From Phoronis australis (lineage: Eukaryota > Animalia > Phoronida): DNA of 64,000 bases. The stretch lies in NCBI GenBank assembly GCA_002633005.1, contig NMRA01000023.1, positions 1,172,508-1,236,507 of the forward strand, in the 5' to 3' direction. Numbering within the stretch: the first letter of the stretch is position 1; each line of letters opens with the position of its first letter. The notes beneath the pieces were generated by a model. The model worked only from the letters and a program-made list of their open reading frames with translations. It searched no databases and was not told where the DNA came from. A program made the translations under genes and the position numbers. Below are positions 38,664-51,300 of this stretch, piece after piece.

Positions 38664-39440
38664 TTAGGTGGTGTGAGTTGTGATTTTTTTCTCATGCGAT
38701 AAATTAAATTGAAATGTCTTCGTTTTAGTTTGATTTATTTTCATGAGTGAAGTCACCCCTGGACCGACCAAAGTCAAACACCCGGATAGCAGAGCTAAAC
38801 CACACTTACTAAATGGCAAAGTACTTTGATTGCATTTAATTGGTAAACTGGTAAAACCTCCGGCATTGATTTCATCAGCAGCCTGGAAGACGAAGCTTGG
38901 CAATTTGTAATAAACAGATTCTGTTGTTTTGTTGGTCTTGTTAAAGCTAATGACCTCAAGATTTGTATCACTTACAGCAATAATCCCTAAAATACGCTTT
39001 TCGGCAATGAAACCTATAGTATCCCTTTAAATGTCTGATACAGGCATATCTGAAATGTTCGAAAACGACATTCGATTATTAACCACTTCTGTTTCAATAA
39101 ACCAGTTCAGTGGATTTGTGTTCATTCTGTTTCACCAGACCATCGGTTGGTCTTTGGGTAAAACGTGGAAATTTTTATCTAATGTAAGGATTTTAAATTC
39201 TTAATAATCTTCATGTTGGACACTGAACGCTACCTCTTCGCCACTATTGGTCTTTCTCAGGGAGTAATTATCTAGGAAATTTTGGATGTGTGCAAATGTC
39301 ACTATTACTGCACCGTTTAATGTGTAACTGAAGTCGGCTACGGTGTAAACTACTGTGCCGAGGGGTTGCACGCGTTGGGCAACAGCATTCAACACTGGTC
39401 GGTTGTTATCCAGTGTAAAACTTTTACGCAACAGGACCTT
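38664..39440 (-). pseudogene. Candidate decayed ORF of unknown family (~259 codons, 3 internal stops)
   Basis: ORFs 39201-39431 and 38664-38903 share a frame; the intervening DNA reads through with stops only at 39201-39203, 39132-39134 and 39027-39029. Confidence 0.35.
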
Positions 39441-42400
39441 CTGCTATTGTTACAAATTAGCTTAGCATACGAATAGTAAATGTTATTTCAGTTATTAATG
39501 ACATTATTTTCCAATTCATTGCATGTAAACCACTCCGAAAGATTCACTTAGTCATAACGTCTACTCCATCCTTCTGCTTCACTGCTTCTCGTCGCTGATG
39601 TGTGAAATAATTGGCAATCAATTTAGCTAGGGAAAGGATAGAGTAATATAAATATAGATCGCGTGCTTTCAAAAAAAGCAATCTACACAGATTATTTTCT
39701 ATAACTGATTTGACGGACTCCAACAGTTCAGATGGATAACATGTTCATAAATGTACGTAGTTAACGGCAGTTGTAGATAAAAACTGATTTCAGCATTAAA
39801 TCGTGGTCTGGAGCGAGAGAGAGAGGCGGAGACTTGAATAAGGTCGGTAGCATTTGCATTCGGCGGTTGGGCAAACAAAGTGATTACTAGATGAGGAATT
39901 TTGTTATTTATGACCTAGTACGCTGAGAGACCTTTGGAAATGATACTGCCGTTTAAAATGCCTTCTGACCCAGGTGGCTACTGACCCAGGTGCAAAAATA
40001 TGTGTAGGAAAACGGGGTAAGCATGCTTAGGGAGTTTAAATGATGGTCTGGCCTCTATATAAAGGACGAAGTTTATTCTTTTCTGCGTAAGTCTGTGCTA
40101 TTGAGGTGCTTAAAAGGTGCGAATTTGTTTCCTGTGTGTCCAGTTAGCTTACTTTGATACGATGGTTCTTTTTAAGTTTTCGCGTTCACGTATGACCAAA
40201 ATTACTTGCAAGGCAGCCAATGAAAATCTGAATACATTTTTAACTGCTATGAAATCAACAGTGTGTCTCATATGAAGCACTTAAGTATAGTCGCTCCTCG
40301 TTGATCTGGTAAGTACAAAACTGATAGTCAGTTTGGTCTCTTTCTTTTATAAGATACGGTGAACAGGATACTAACGTTTTTACAACGCGAGGAAGTGAAA
40401 GCAGGCTTGTAACCTCTCCCTTCCCTTCTGCCACCACCTTTCCCGTCTCCTCTCCCACCGGCCGTCCTCTAATGGCTTTTTCATAATTTGATCTGTTTTA
40501 GAATATTCAAATTCATTCAATTAGATACAGAAGTAACATAATCTGTATTCGTCAAACGCATTTTTCCCGAAATGCCACTTAACTTTTTGCTTCAGTTAAT
40601 CTATTTTATTCCTTTAGCAATGATATATCGACGTACTATACGCCAGTCAAGATTAGTGAAAACTGGCGAAATGTTTAATGAAAAAATGTCGAAAACTCCG
40701 CACTACGTCAGAGTTCTAATCTTAAATTCCACAAAGACTCGGACTCGAAACTTAACCAACCGCGAGTATACTCGCAGTGTATCGTGTAATTGGACAATTT
40801 TCGATTAGTCCCCGGGCCTGGATATTGCATTCAAGTTTTTTTTACACGCCAACTTCTTTTGTTCGATTACAGTCAGGTCAACGTATTCGTGCTGAGCTAT
40901 GTACATGTACATTAAGTCAATTTACTTTTCTAATTATGTTTATTCAACCGTGGAGGGAGATATTCTTTTATTACAAAAAGGACATAATGGAGGTACAGTT
41001 GAAAGAAAATGAGCGGAAATTTTCAAAACAATAAATATTCTTACCATAAGTATTGTGAAAGTGTTTTGCAGTGATCTGATAAAAGATTAACGAATGTGAA
41101 ACTGGGTTAACGTGTATTCACACTTTGGCAGGCTAGGGTCTTCTAGTGCAAACATCATGAACCACATTGTGACCTCGTTACCTGCCCCGGACCACGCTGT
41201 CAGGTGAGATTTTATGGCACTAAAATACTTGCTTTATGTATGCATTTTGTGGATGAAGGTAAACATACGTACACCGACGTAGCATGTCTACGAAATTGGA
41301 ATCTATATAAACACACTCGTTCAGATCACCAGCGCCAACAGAGGTCAGTACAGTTTTCACCAGGAGTGGATTCCGAAGCTTTTGCCGACTCCATGTGGAG
41401 AATTTTTCGCCTACACTGGTCACCGCTCAGACTCTCAAAGCCCCAGACATTTTTTACGAGGGCTATTCAGCACGCCCTTTGTATTGAAGTAGATCTGAGC
41501 TAATGAAGTGGAAAGGTAATAGCTAGCATTACTGTCTCAACAATGGTTGTTGTCAGTACCCCCAATTTGGTTTTCTCTGACATTTGCAGAGTTACAGTCT
41601 GCAACTCTGGAGAGTAGTTTTAACTTGGTACATTATAAATGTTTCAAAACGACTAAGAAGGTTACCTTGTGCTCATCTTCACAAAGGGCCACTTCCCAAC
41701 GGAACCATATGTTTCATATTGGTTTTCGTTATTTAATTTTTAATGCTTCTGCCCACTTGTTTTATGATCTTACCGGCAACGGGTTGATAACTTTTTATCA
41801 AAGTTTTTAACTTGAAGTACCAAACAGTGGTAGATTTTGATCGCCAGCAAAACTTAATTAGTTAACTTCATTGTGAGCTCATCCCTGACCTTTCTTCATT
41901 ACAGATACGCTAAACATCTCACGTGTCATTAAAGTTTAATCTGTATCAGAACTCAAATCATAAAATATATACAAAAGTGAAAATGTGGTGATAAACAAAC
42001 TGGAGATTTGGAGTCTCTTAACAATTTTGGAGGCACTGACTAAAAAACTTTTCTAGCTCTTTGTCAGTAACAAAAAATGAAAAGTGGGCACAAGTTAGGT
42101 AAAACGTTTTCCTGATCAAAAATCTGGTTAAACGAGATTGAAAGAATATTAAAAAATGAATCCATGTGATATTGTTCACTCTGATCAGCGTTTGTATATC
42201 CACCGAGTATATCAATACGCGGTAGTTTACCTTCAATCGTACCCCATGGTTGTAGTTTTTAGATTATTAGTTCATCGGTTTTTAAAAAATCGAAAACCGT
42301 ACTGGTTTTTTTTTCAGCTGAATACCGCAGTGGTGTTCGTTTTTAACGAAAATTAGTGGTTAATGCATTTTGAAAATTCGCCATTATGTACAGATGTTTA

Positions 42401-42713
42401 TACAGTTTATGGTCGGGTAATTGGGTCTTACTCGCATCGGGCAATGCGATTATCTCGACTGTACCCGACTCCGGCGCCGCGCTTTCCTGGTAAAAGCAGC
42501 TCAAAAGGACGAGCGGTGAAGGTTCCCGCATATCTTTATTCACGTTATGCAGATGATCAGTGGTGGGGTTCTATGTACATCTATGACTGGCGAGATCGTA
42601 GGAAGTCGGGGATATAATATTTTTGCCGTCCTGAGGGCCATGATTGTATTCAAGCTCTATGGAAATCTAGGGACAAAACCGAAGAACAGACCCATCATTA
42701 TATATATTAAGAA

Positions 42714-43311
42714 TTATTAGTCTTCTTACAGGCCCGCAATATGTTGGTCACGTCACGTGACCTATAGTTAAATCTGAATAGGTCTCTGTGTCGACTCGGG
42801 TTCGAACCTGAGACTTTCTGTGACTATGCAGACGCTCAATTCCACTGAACTATTGGGACTTCTGGTTAGCAGTAAATCCTCAGGGGTTCGAGCAAAGGTC
42901 GGAACAGAGATTGTTTCAGACTTAAAAGGATATCAAACCCTGTTTAAGCCTATTAACAGATTCCAAATCAGGCTGAAAACGGCTTTTCTCAACCAGTTCT
43001 CTGAAACAAAATGCTGCTCTGTAATCGTCGACAACCCTCAAAAGTTTGGAGGAAAATCTGAAAACTCATTTCAAAGTTTGCTAAACGGGCAATCGCGCCC
43101 TACGCTTTTAGCGAATTTCACTTCAACTGTGGGAAAGACCACACACCAAGGACCATGATGTCCAATCTGTGATATAGGGAGTATAAGTTCTTAGTTGATT
43201 CATGCCTTTAACTTGGAAGATTGACGTCATTAATGCATTAGCAGTGTTTAGTATCCCTTTAACTATATGTCACGTGACATGACCAACATATGGCGTGTAA
43301 GAAGACCAATA
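42714..43311. mobile_element. Fold-back tRNA-derived element related to the 27.4-kb insertion, interrupted by a TTAA-flanked MITE
   Basis: Inverted ends GTCTTCTTACA..ATATGTTGGTCACGTCACGTGAC / GTCACGTGACATGACCAACATATGGCGTGTAAGAAGAC. Minus-strand A box TAGTTCAGTGG (42852-42842) and B box GGTTCGAACCC (42808-42798). Confidence 0.7.
42926..43258. mobile_element. Kolobok-like MITE (TTAA TSD)
   Basis: TTAA at 42922-42925 and 43259-43262; degenerate TIRs AAGGATATCAAACCCTG / CAGTGTTTAGTATCCCT. Removing it restores the host's inverted repeat. Confidence 0.55.
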
Positions 43312-44473
43312 CTACTATTCCTTACTTGTGCCCATTCAACGCGCTGATTTATAACAGCACAATTAGATCCAGGATTTTCGTTACCATTGTTTTAAACACG
43401 TTATTTCCATAACAGTATCGTAGACAATGTGATACTGCAAAATCTTGTGTACGTGGCTCTAGAAGCTGTTTGGCAAAATGTCAGTCAACTTAAAAAAACG
43501 CCGCAAACCATGAGCTCCAATACTTGCACGAAGTTGGTTGTCAAAATAAGGTTAATTACATTAAATTAACAAGCAAAATGTCTTCGTTTCGTCAAAGAAA
43601 TCACAGATTCCATTCATCCGACGTCACGCACGGCGTATTGATGAAATTAGGTGCAAAAAGTATTCTAACAAAAAGTCCACAAGCAGACGGAAACAATTAG
43701 GAGCAACTCATACGTCGAGGCAGTGAGGCAGAATTTTTAAAACACGCGTGGTCGCTGTTGAACTAAAATGTGTTAATATACCGTACAAATTGTTTTGCGA
43801 TTCCTAATTAATGGTCTTTGTGAGACGCTAGTCCCAGGGGCATCTCTGGTTGCTCCACGCGGCTGCAAAGGTTATATTATGATAGTTCATTGTAGGAATG
43901 ACTTCACTCGTGTAAACGCCGATAGAGGAGCGTAGTGGAACCGAGATACTATATATACATATATATTTATGGTCTTTAGTTTTCCTTGGAAATGTTCAGC
44001 TATAAGGAGTGAGATGTTGGATCGCACGTGATTACTCTTGGTATATATTTTACAGGAGGTACGTTTTGGTAAAATTAACAACCCGGCCAAAAAGTCATAC
44101 ACGCGGGCACCGAATCATCTGCAGGAACTACTGAAGCCTCCGCACGAACCATTGGCGTATTAGTGCCAATCATATTATCAAACTTGATAAAAAGTTTACC
44201 GTTTACCAGTGGTTCGAGTAGATGAATCGATGCTCGTACGAATGAGTTTTCTCTTTGGACTTCATCCCTGAATTCTCGATTTTCTTTAAACTAGTTCCTT
44301 AGTAAGTAAAAATTCTTCGAAGCACTTCTTAATTTATTTGAAACAATACTGCAAAAAAATGGGTCTTGTTCATAAATGATCCACGTTTTCAACTTTTGAC
44401 ACTACTTTTAATTAATTTATAGTCGCGTATTTTTCTATCGTTTCGGAGTTTTTGAGTGGCGGAACTGTATAAC

Positions 44474-44630
44474 CAGTGACGGATTTAGAGGGGGCCAAGG
44501 GGGCCATGGCCCCCCTAAAATTCTCCCAGATTTCATTTGTCAGATGGGGAAGTGCGAAAGTCTGACGGGCAAAATCCTGGCTAATACTCTGCCATGCCCC
44601 CCCCAACTCAAAATCCTAGATCTGCCCCTG
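44474..44630. mobile_element. MITE with 5-bp TSD
   Basis: TIRs CAGTGACGGATTTAG / CTAGATCTGCCCCTG; TSD ATAAC at 44469-44473 and 44631-44635. Confidence 0.75.
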
Positions 44631-45136
44631 ATAACCAGGGTGGCCTGGGTCTGATTTTCAACTTACGTTTCAACTTATTACAAATTCTGTGCAAAAACAA
44701 ATCACTGTAATAAATAACATTGGCAAATATTGACTTACTAAAGCGTAAATTCTTGACATATCCTCGAATGAAGAGAAAAGATTTGCATTCGTAAGATTGG
44801 TCAGGAAACGTATTTACAAGGGAAACTTGTTTACTGTGACATCGCCTATGCCACTCAGTGGTTCCTGTGTATAATTCAGTGCTTTGTACCGATGGTTTGA
44901 TGTTCATGAAATTAATTAGCTCGTAACCTTGACTAGAATTCATGTACTCCGCGCTAATATTTTAACTACACCTTTGTAGTACTGTTCAATGCCGGGTATG
45001 AATTGGGACGAACGAGGAGCAGTTCAAATTAGTTGAGCCCCCCCCCAGATACCTTTCAGCTCAGAGCCCCGACATCTTCCTCAATAGAGCACTGAATTTT
45101 TGTCAAGAAAGACAATACTGGTCTTGTTTTTGTTCT

Positions 45137-46792
45137 TTTGAACTGGCTTTCAATAAACTTCCGAACTCATTTCCATCACTTGTTTCTACAAAATAGCATA
45201 AAGTTCCGCAGCATCATTTTTCTAAGTTAAGCTCATTTAATGACTACTAATTACGGTTACAACACAGTTACCAACTGTTCTAGACAATAGCGTCTCATAT
45301 TCAGCTTTCTGGGTTCATGAATGGATTTAATTGTTGAAACACGTGCAGAAGTAATTCTACCGAAGGGTCTTGGGTCATTCTCGCTCAGAGCCTTATTATC
45401 GAAAGGTTTTGCCAACATTGCTTATTGGTGGACAGGGGGGCAGGGGTTTTGAGCTTCTTCTCAGGGCACGACCAAGAGATGAAAACAACTGTCGTTTTTT
45501 AGGTGTTGGCCAACCGTTTTAATTTCGAAAATTGCTGTTTCCTACGCATTGCGACTTCCTGGATCCGGCCATTGGGCTCTATCTTCTTACATATAATTCG
45601 CCATCAGCAAAATTCGACCTTCCAAAGATTTTTGTCTGTCGTGTTTTACCAGTCCGCTTTTTCATTGCTAACAAAACCACGCTTAAGGGTAAAACGTAAA
45701 AATGAACATGATCGAAATCTATATTCAACTCCAAATTTCCGTCACGACCTCCATCACAATGCGTATGCCCGACCGACACCCTTGCGTATTTTAATGAAAC
45801 CTTCCTTTAAGAAAAACCTTGTCAGTGACAAAATGGCGGCCCAACGGTAATTTTTTTATTTCGAATTTTCATCACAAAGTAGCAAAGTTTCTCATCGTCA
45901 GTCATCAAAAACCCTATTAGACATTGATTATCGCGTGAAAAATAGCTCAGTCAAACGTCATTCACTTTACTTTTAGCCTAAAAATTGAACGTAGGCCTAT
46001 CTCGATGATCATCGCTGTTTTCTTTTTTCTCACCTGTCCACTGAATGCGTGCGTAGAACAACTCAACGGCGTAGCAGTCCTCTCCCTGGGCTCCGTTCCA
46101 TGATAGTTTCAGTCTCAAGTTTCATTGTTGACATGACGTCAACAGCATTGTTCAACAAGCGCAATGTGACAAGTGGTGGAATGACAGCATTGTTAAATTA
46201 AATACTAGAATAGTTTCATGAAACGGATCCCTGTTTACATGCTGTGTTATCACTGATAAATGTTGGATAGATTTCTTATGTTTTATCTTAATTTTTGGTC
46301 GTAGCTATTTGCTCGGCAAAATTGATATCGACAGTCGTGCACTCGGTCACACGGTCACTGATCATAGCTACGCTGTGTTTACAAACGAGAGAGAGGACTT
46401 GCTTGGTATTATAAAGCAAAAAAATGAAACATGGTTTTTAGTTTGCAAATCACTCCAAATGCACACACTATCCAGCCTGCTCAAGACACGGCCTGACCAC
46501 AAGCTATCCCATGAGCCTTCACGCAGGAAGTAACTCGCACATGCGCAATGCGTAGTTCGTTTGCGCTGCAAATCCNTTTGAACTGACTTTCAATAAACTT
46601 CCGAACTCATTTCCATCACTTGTTTCTACAAAATAGCATAAAGTTCCGCAGCATCATTTTTCTAAATTAAGCTCATTTAATGACTACTAATTACGGTTAC
46701 AACACAGTTACCAACTGTTCTAGACAATAGCGTCTTATATTCAGCTTTCTGGGTTCATGAATGGATTTAATTGTTGAAACACGTGCAGAAGT
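45137..46792. repeat. 216-bp near-identical direct duplication (45137-45352 and 46577-46792) abutting an N
   Basis: Only 3 substitutions seen; the second copy starts immediately after the N at 46576. Confidence 0.9.
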
Positions 46793-47139
46793 TCAGCACT
46801 TGGCCTATAAACGTATATCTCCGCCAAGTTGCATGTCATGCTGAAAACATGCTTTGTTGAGACACCCAAACATAAAGGAATACAGCAATACTCAGTCAAA
46901 TGTAAAATCCATTATTTATTTTCATGCTTTTGCCCACAACAACTTGCCACTTTCTATCATACTACCTACATGTACTAATTTTTGGAAAATGAGTGCCAAA
47001 GCTTATAGTCTAATGTTGTTCTTTGACGCAATGTCGTAGTTCTGTGCTAACACATGTACACTCAATATAGACCTGTAGCTTGTTCTGTTCTAAAATTTTC
47101 AGGCTTTAGTTCTGCGACGCTTGACGTCACGAGGACACA

Positions 47140-48309
47140 ATGGTCTTCGATAATAATTCGGTGGTCTGTGTCCACTTAGCCTCACTGGAATCTACCCGTT
47201 CACCAGATTTATTAAGCTGCCCAGAACCGGACCATGAAGGGGACCTATTCGCTTTCATTTTCGACACAATAATTGTTGGCACCCTCTGTATCATAGGTGT
47301 CGTCTGTAACGTCATCGCCATTGCCGCTTTCGTCAACGGCAAGCAGACGACGACCACGTGTATTCTCATTGCGCTATCGGTGGCAGACATACTATACTTG
47401 CTAACGCATGGTCTGATGTTTCAAGCTCTTCGCTCCATATATCCGTACACCGGAGTATTCAAGTCTTACTTAGATATATGGCCTTACATTGAGGTTTGGG
47501 AGTTTCCATTTGGCGTCACATTTCAGACAATGTCAATTTACTGCGTAGTTCTTGTGGCCATGGACAGATACATTGGCGTGTGCTGGCCACTTCACGCGCG
47601 CGCGTGGTGCACGAAGAAAAGAGCACGGATCCATGTTATCGCTATCTCAGTTTTTGTGTTTGCACTGAACAGTCCTCGGTTCTTCGTTCAGAAACCGGTT
47701 GAAGTCTTTGATAACTGCACATGCACTGTGCAAGCTGTAATGGTAGCGGACAAACTTGGAAAATCTAAACTATTTAACATGATCATGGGCCCAGTATATT
47801 TAACGGTGATTGACCTCTTACCTGTCGTTATTCTGATCGTCATTAATTTGCGTTTGTTTTGGGCTATTCGAGCCAGTTCTCGACTGAAGTTGCTGCTTTA
47901 TGACAAGGATGGCACAACTAGCGTCACCAAGCGACATAACAGCACACAGGAGAGAAGATGGACTTTGATGCTGTGCGTCATCATCGCCGTGTTCCTGATT
48001 TGCCAAACTCCCATCAGTATCAACCACCTCATGTATGCTGCGCAGTGGACAATGGAGCCGAAATCTCAAAGATATTACAATGTCTTAACAAATACGTTGG
48101 CAGCGTTCAATGCAACGTGCAACTTCTTCGTTTACATAATTCTTGGCCGGAGATTTAGGGAGCAATTGAGGGCTCTTTGTAGCAAGAAGCAAACATACAG
48201 ACGAAGTAGCACTTCGACAACCGCCACGAAACGAAGCGCGCAGTATTCCACTCGTTTGTTCAGTAGCGATAAAAACAAGTTGTCGGGAATCAACGATTCC
48301 TTTGTTTAG
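47140..48309 (+). CDS. Class A (rhodopsin-like) GPCR, FMRFamide/sex-peptide receptor-like group
   Basis: 389-aa intact ORF with 7 hydrophobic segments: GxxxN in TM1, LSVAD in TM2, MDRY, SPRFF in TM4, FLICQTP in TM6, NATCNFFVY in TM7, F..RFR helix 8 and a Ser/Thr-rich tail. An upstream splice acceptor (ttttcAG, 47101-47102) suggests a 5'-UTR intron. Confidence 0.93.
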   Translation: MVFDNNSVVCVHLASLESTRSPDLLSCPEPDHEGDLFAFIFDTIIVGTLCIIGVVCNVIAIAAFVNGKQTTTTCILIALSVADILYLLTHGLMFQALRSIYPYTGVFKSYLDIWPYIEVWEFPFGVTFQTMSIYCVVLVAMDRYIGVCWPLHARAWCTKKRARIHVIAISVFVFALNSPRFFVQKPVEVFDNCTCTVQAVMVADKLGKSKLFNMIMGPVYLTVIDLLPVVILIVINLRLFWAIRASSRLKLLLYDKDGTTSVTKRHNSTQERRWTLMLCVIIAVFLICQTPISINHLMYAAQWTMEPKSQRYYNVLTNTLAAFNATCNFFVYIILGRRFREQLRALCSKKQTYRRSSTSTTATKRSAQYSTRLFSSDKNKLSGINDSFV

Positions 48310-51300
48310 AAGTCTGTTCAACAAATTCTATGTGTTACATGGAATTAGTTTGAAAGACGATATGAAGACAATGGCAGATCTAGGATTTAGCAAGGGCCAA
48401 CAACAGGTTTCGAGAGGAAATTGATCATCTATATCTATGGAGGAAAAACTTTTTGTTTTTCATTGCCGCGACTGACTCACTGTGATCAGCCCCTGATGAA
48501 AACGCTCGAATTTTCAAATTGGTCACTCTGTGGTGGTGGGGACAAAGGGAGACGATTGGCGGAAAACTGGGGGGATGCAAAAATGCTGGCGACCTGTGGG
48601 CACCTTCAGTAAATAGCCAACAGCTCTCCAAGTATTCAAGACATCATTAATTTCGCCCCTTCGATTGGCACGGGAATATGGTGTGGTTTTCAATAACACG
48701 ATACTGTGGTTTATAAGGGCACAGACAAACGACACAAGGATCCTGTTCAAAACGTGAGTGTCTCGCTAGAAATGTAAGATCTCGCGAGATGTCACCTTGT
48801 ATTCGCGAGACAAACTGTTTTTCTCTCTTGCCTAATAATTCATACATTATGGTTATGCGCGTAATGTGGGCACAGACGCATTGTTGGTTTCCTTTGAATT
48901 TTCGCTTTACTTTATTAATTTTGACGGGAAAATGTTCGTGCGAGAAAGTTTCGTAGTCTTAATACCCTTAATTGAAGGGTGATACGGTTAGCATAGAAGT
49001 GTTGTCATGAAAAATATTTGCACTGTTGCCTAAAGTACACATAATAACCATAAACTGTAGTCATTGTTTTGTAATTTTAACATTTGCTGAACTATAGACC
49101 CACGCCTACACCTGAGTGCGTATAATTTATTGAACGCAGCAGGGGAAGGGTTATGACGCTAGAGATTGTAAAAATACGGAGTGCATTATCAAGAATGTAC
49201 ATGTACTGGAGCTAGACAGGAAAATTCCGAGTTAATTTAAAAATGACGTGTGATCGAAATTGGAATCAGTCGCTAACAAAACAGTAATCCACTTGCAAAG
49301 TTCAAAAACAGAATGATTGCATGCATCTAAGTAAATAGTCTACCGTACTTGCCCGCATTTAGAATCAAGGGCGAAACTGCGCCGACATTCGAAATTAGAC
49401 ATGTACCTAAATGCGTGTAAACCACTTGAGTGAAACTGAGGAGCAAACTTTTAAAATACTGTAGTCTCACTCGGTATGAAATGGTTGAGGTTGATGATAA
49501 CCATTAATACGGTTTTAAACAGAGTGTCTTCCGTAAAAATGATTTAGTCCCTTTTCAACCGGCCTCAGCTTGTTCCTCACTCAAATTTAAGAAATAGTAC
49601 CAGATTGGTTTCTAGCTCAGATTCGAGAGATCTTCTGGGCTTGGGAGACTGAGAACCTGTAGTTCGTTATTGCTTGAAACCAGGCTCGATTAGAGTTGTC
49701 ACTTAATTCGGGTCAATTTAATTGTGCTGAGCACACGACCTCAATCACTCAGTGTCAAACTGCTCAGAAATGCTCTCTAATCTGGATAAGGAGCAAGTTG
49801 AGACGAATTTTATAGCCTTAGGGGGTCTAAATCCGCAAACTTTAGTTTCTTGTCGGAAGGCGCGTAGTTATAAAGAAGCACTGAGGGACAAAAAGCACTA
49901 GAACATGAACATAGGAATGGTCGATTGTGCCAATAGTGAAACGCATTATTTTGGATGTATTGGCGCATGCGTCTAAATAAGCACATGTGAGGTATTACAG
50001 AACTCTTTCCTGTAAAATGGGATCCGATCCCGCGCTTTTGGGAGGACGGGTACAGGCTTATTCGTAGTGAACGAAAAATATGCCATTACAAATTATTTTT
50101 CGTTTATATACCTGACATGACATGTGACCTTTGGAATGCTTGAACTTTAATGCCCACTTATTTTGATAATGAAACGCGTCAAACTGTCAACACTTATGGT
50201 AGTTATAAACCCGCTTTCCGCGACCAAAACAAACTTTTGATTTAAACCACATACTGCTTTCGTCAAATTAGGTTCCAAGGTCTAGAAACAATCGGTTCGT
50301 TATTACTAGAGGTCTGGCCTCACAAGTTAGCTCGTCACCGACGGCGAGTCATTCGATGCACCGAGCATGGTCTCACGCAACAAAGTGTCAATTCTTTTAA
50401 GGCCGCGAATCACTTATCTGAGATACGAACAACTTGAGATAAGCTTTATACAGACAAGCGGTCTAAGACATGTTAGTTTCCTAGATGGGTCTATAACCGC
50501 TTTAGTGTATATTACGTTTAGGTTACGTAGACAGAGTTACCGGTTGTCCAGTAGTTATCACACTTCACTATTTTCATGAGGTGCTTTCTGCCGGTCTGTT
50601 GGGTAGTTGTAAACGGCTCCCAACGACTTGCTGTCAGGCAACGTTCATACGTCAGGTTAACCAGAAAATGAACAGATATGACGCAGCGATTTACTCTAGA
50701 GTTCACCCACAGTTCATGAGCATCTTAAAACATAATGTAAGAAACAATCAAGCATTAGTAGTCAACTGACTATATTTGTTTTTAATAACTGATTGAAAGA
50801 GGAGGTTCACGTATATGCAGTAGATGGCGCTCGTGTCAAGTTTATGGCTGAAACGGGTCGTTTCTGAGTAATCAATTTGCTTACAGCGATTTGTGCTCAC
50901 ATCAAATTCAGAAATCAAATGACCAGCGAAAAAACGAGGAAAACTTTTCCAGGTGATGTATCGTTCCACAAATAGATTTCTGTGAGATATTTGTTGTGTT
51001 GTAAAATTTAAATGAAATAAACGTTTTTGCATAAATAAAGTCAAAACAGTGACAAAAAAGGAGATGAAACATGATGGAAACTGGAAATCAATTAAGAGGA
51101 AATCGAGACGAAAAGAGGAAAACCTCTTAAAAAGAAGAAAATCCCAAGCCCTTAAATGTCTCATGAAAACTGAAATCCGACTCTTGACAGTACTATGCAA
51201 CTACATAGTGACTTTTACTATCATGAACACGTATTTTTTTCAAAATCCAAAAATGTGATGACTTCCCTGAAAATTGTTTCATTATACATGTACATCTACA

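Noticed and set aside
47496-48324. Overlapping and antisense ORFs within the GPCR
   Set aside because: They are shadow frames of a real coding sequence with no independent support.
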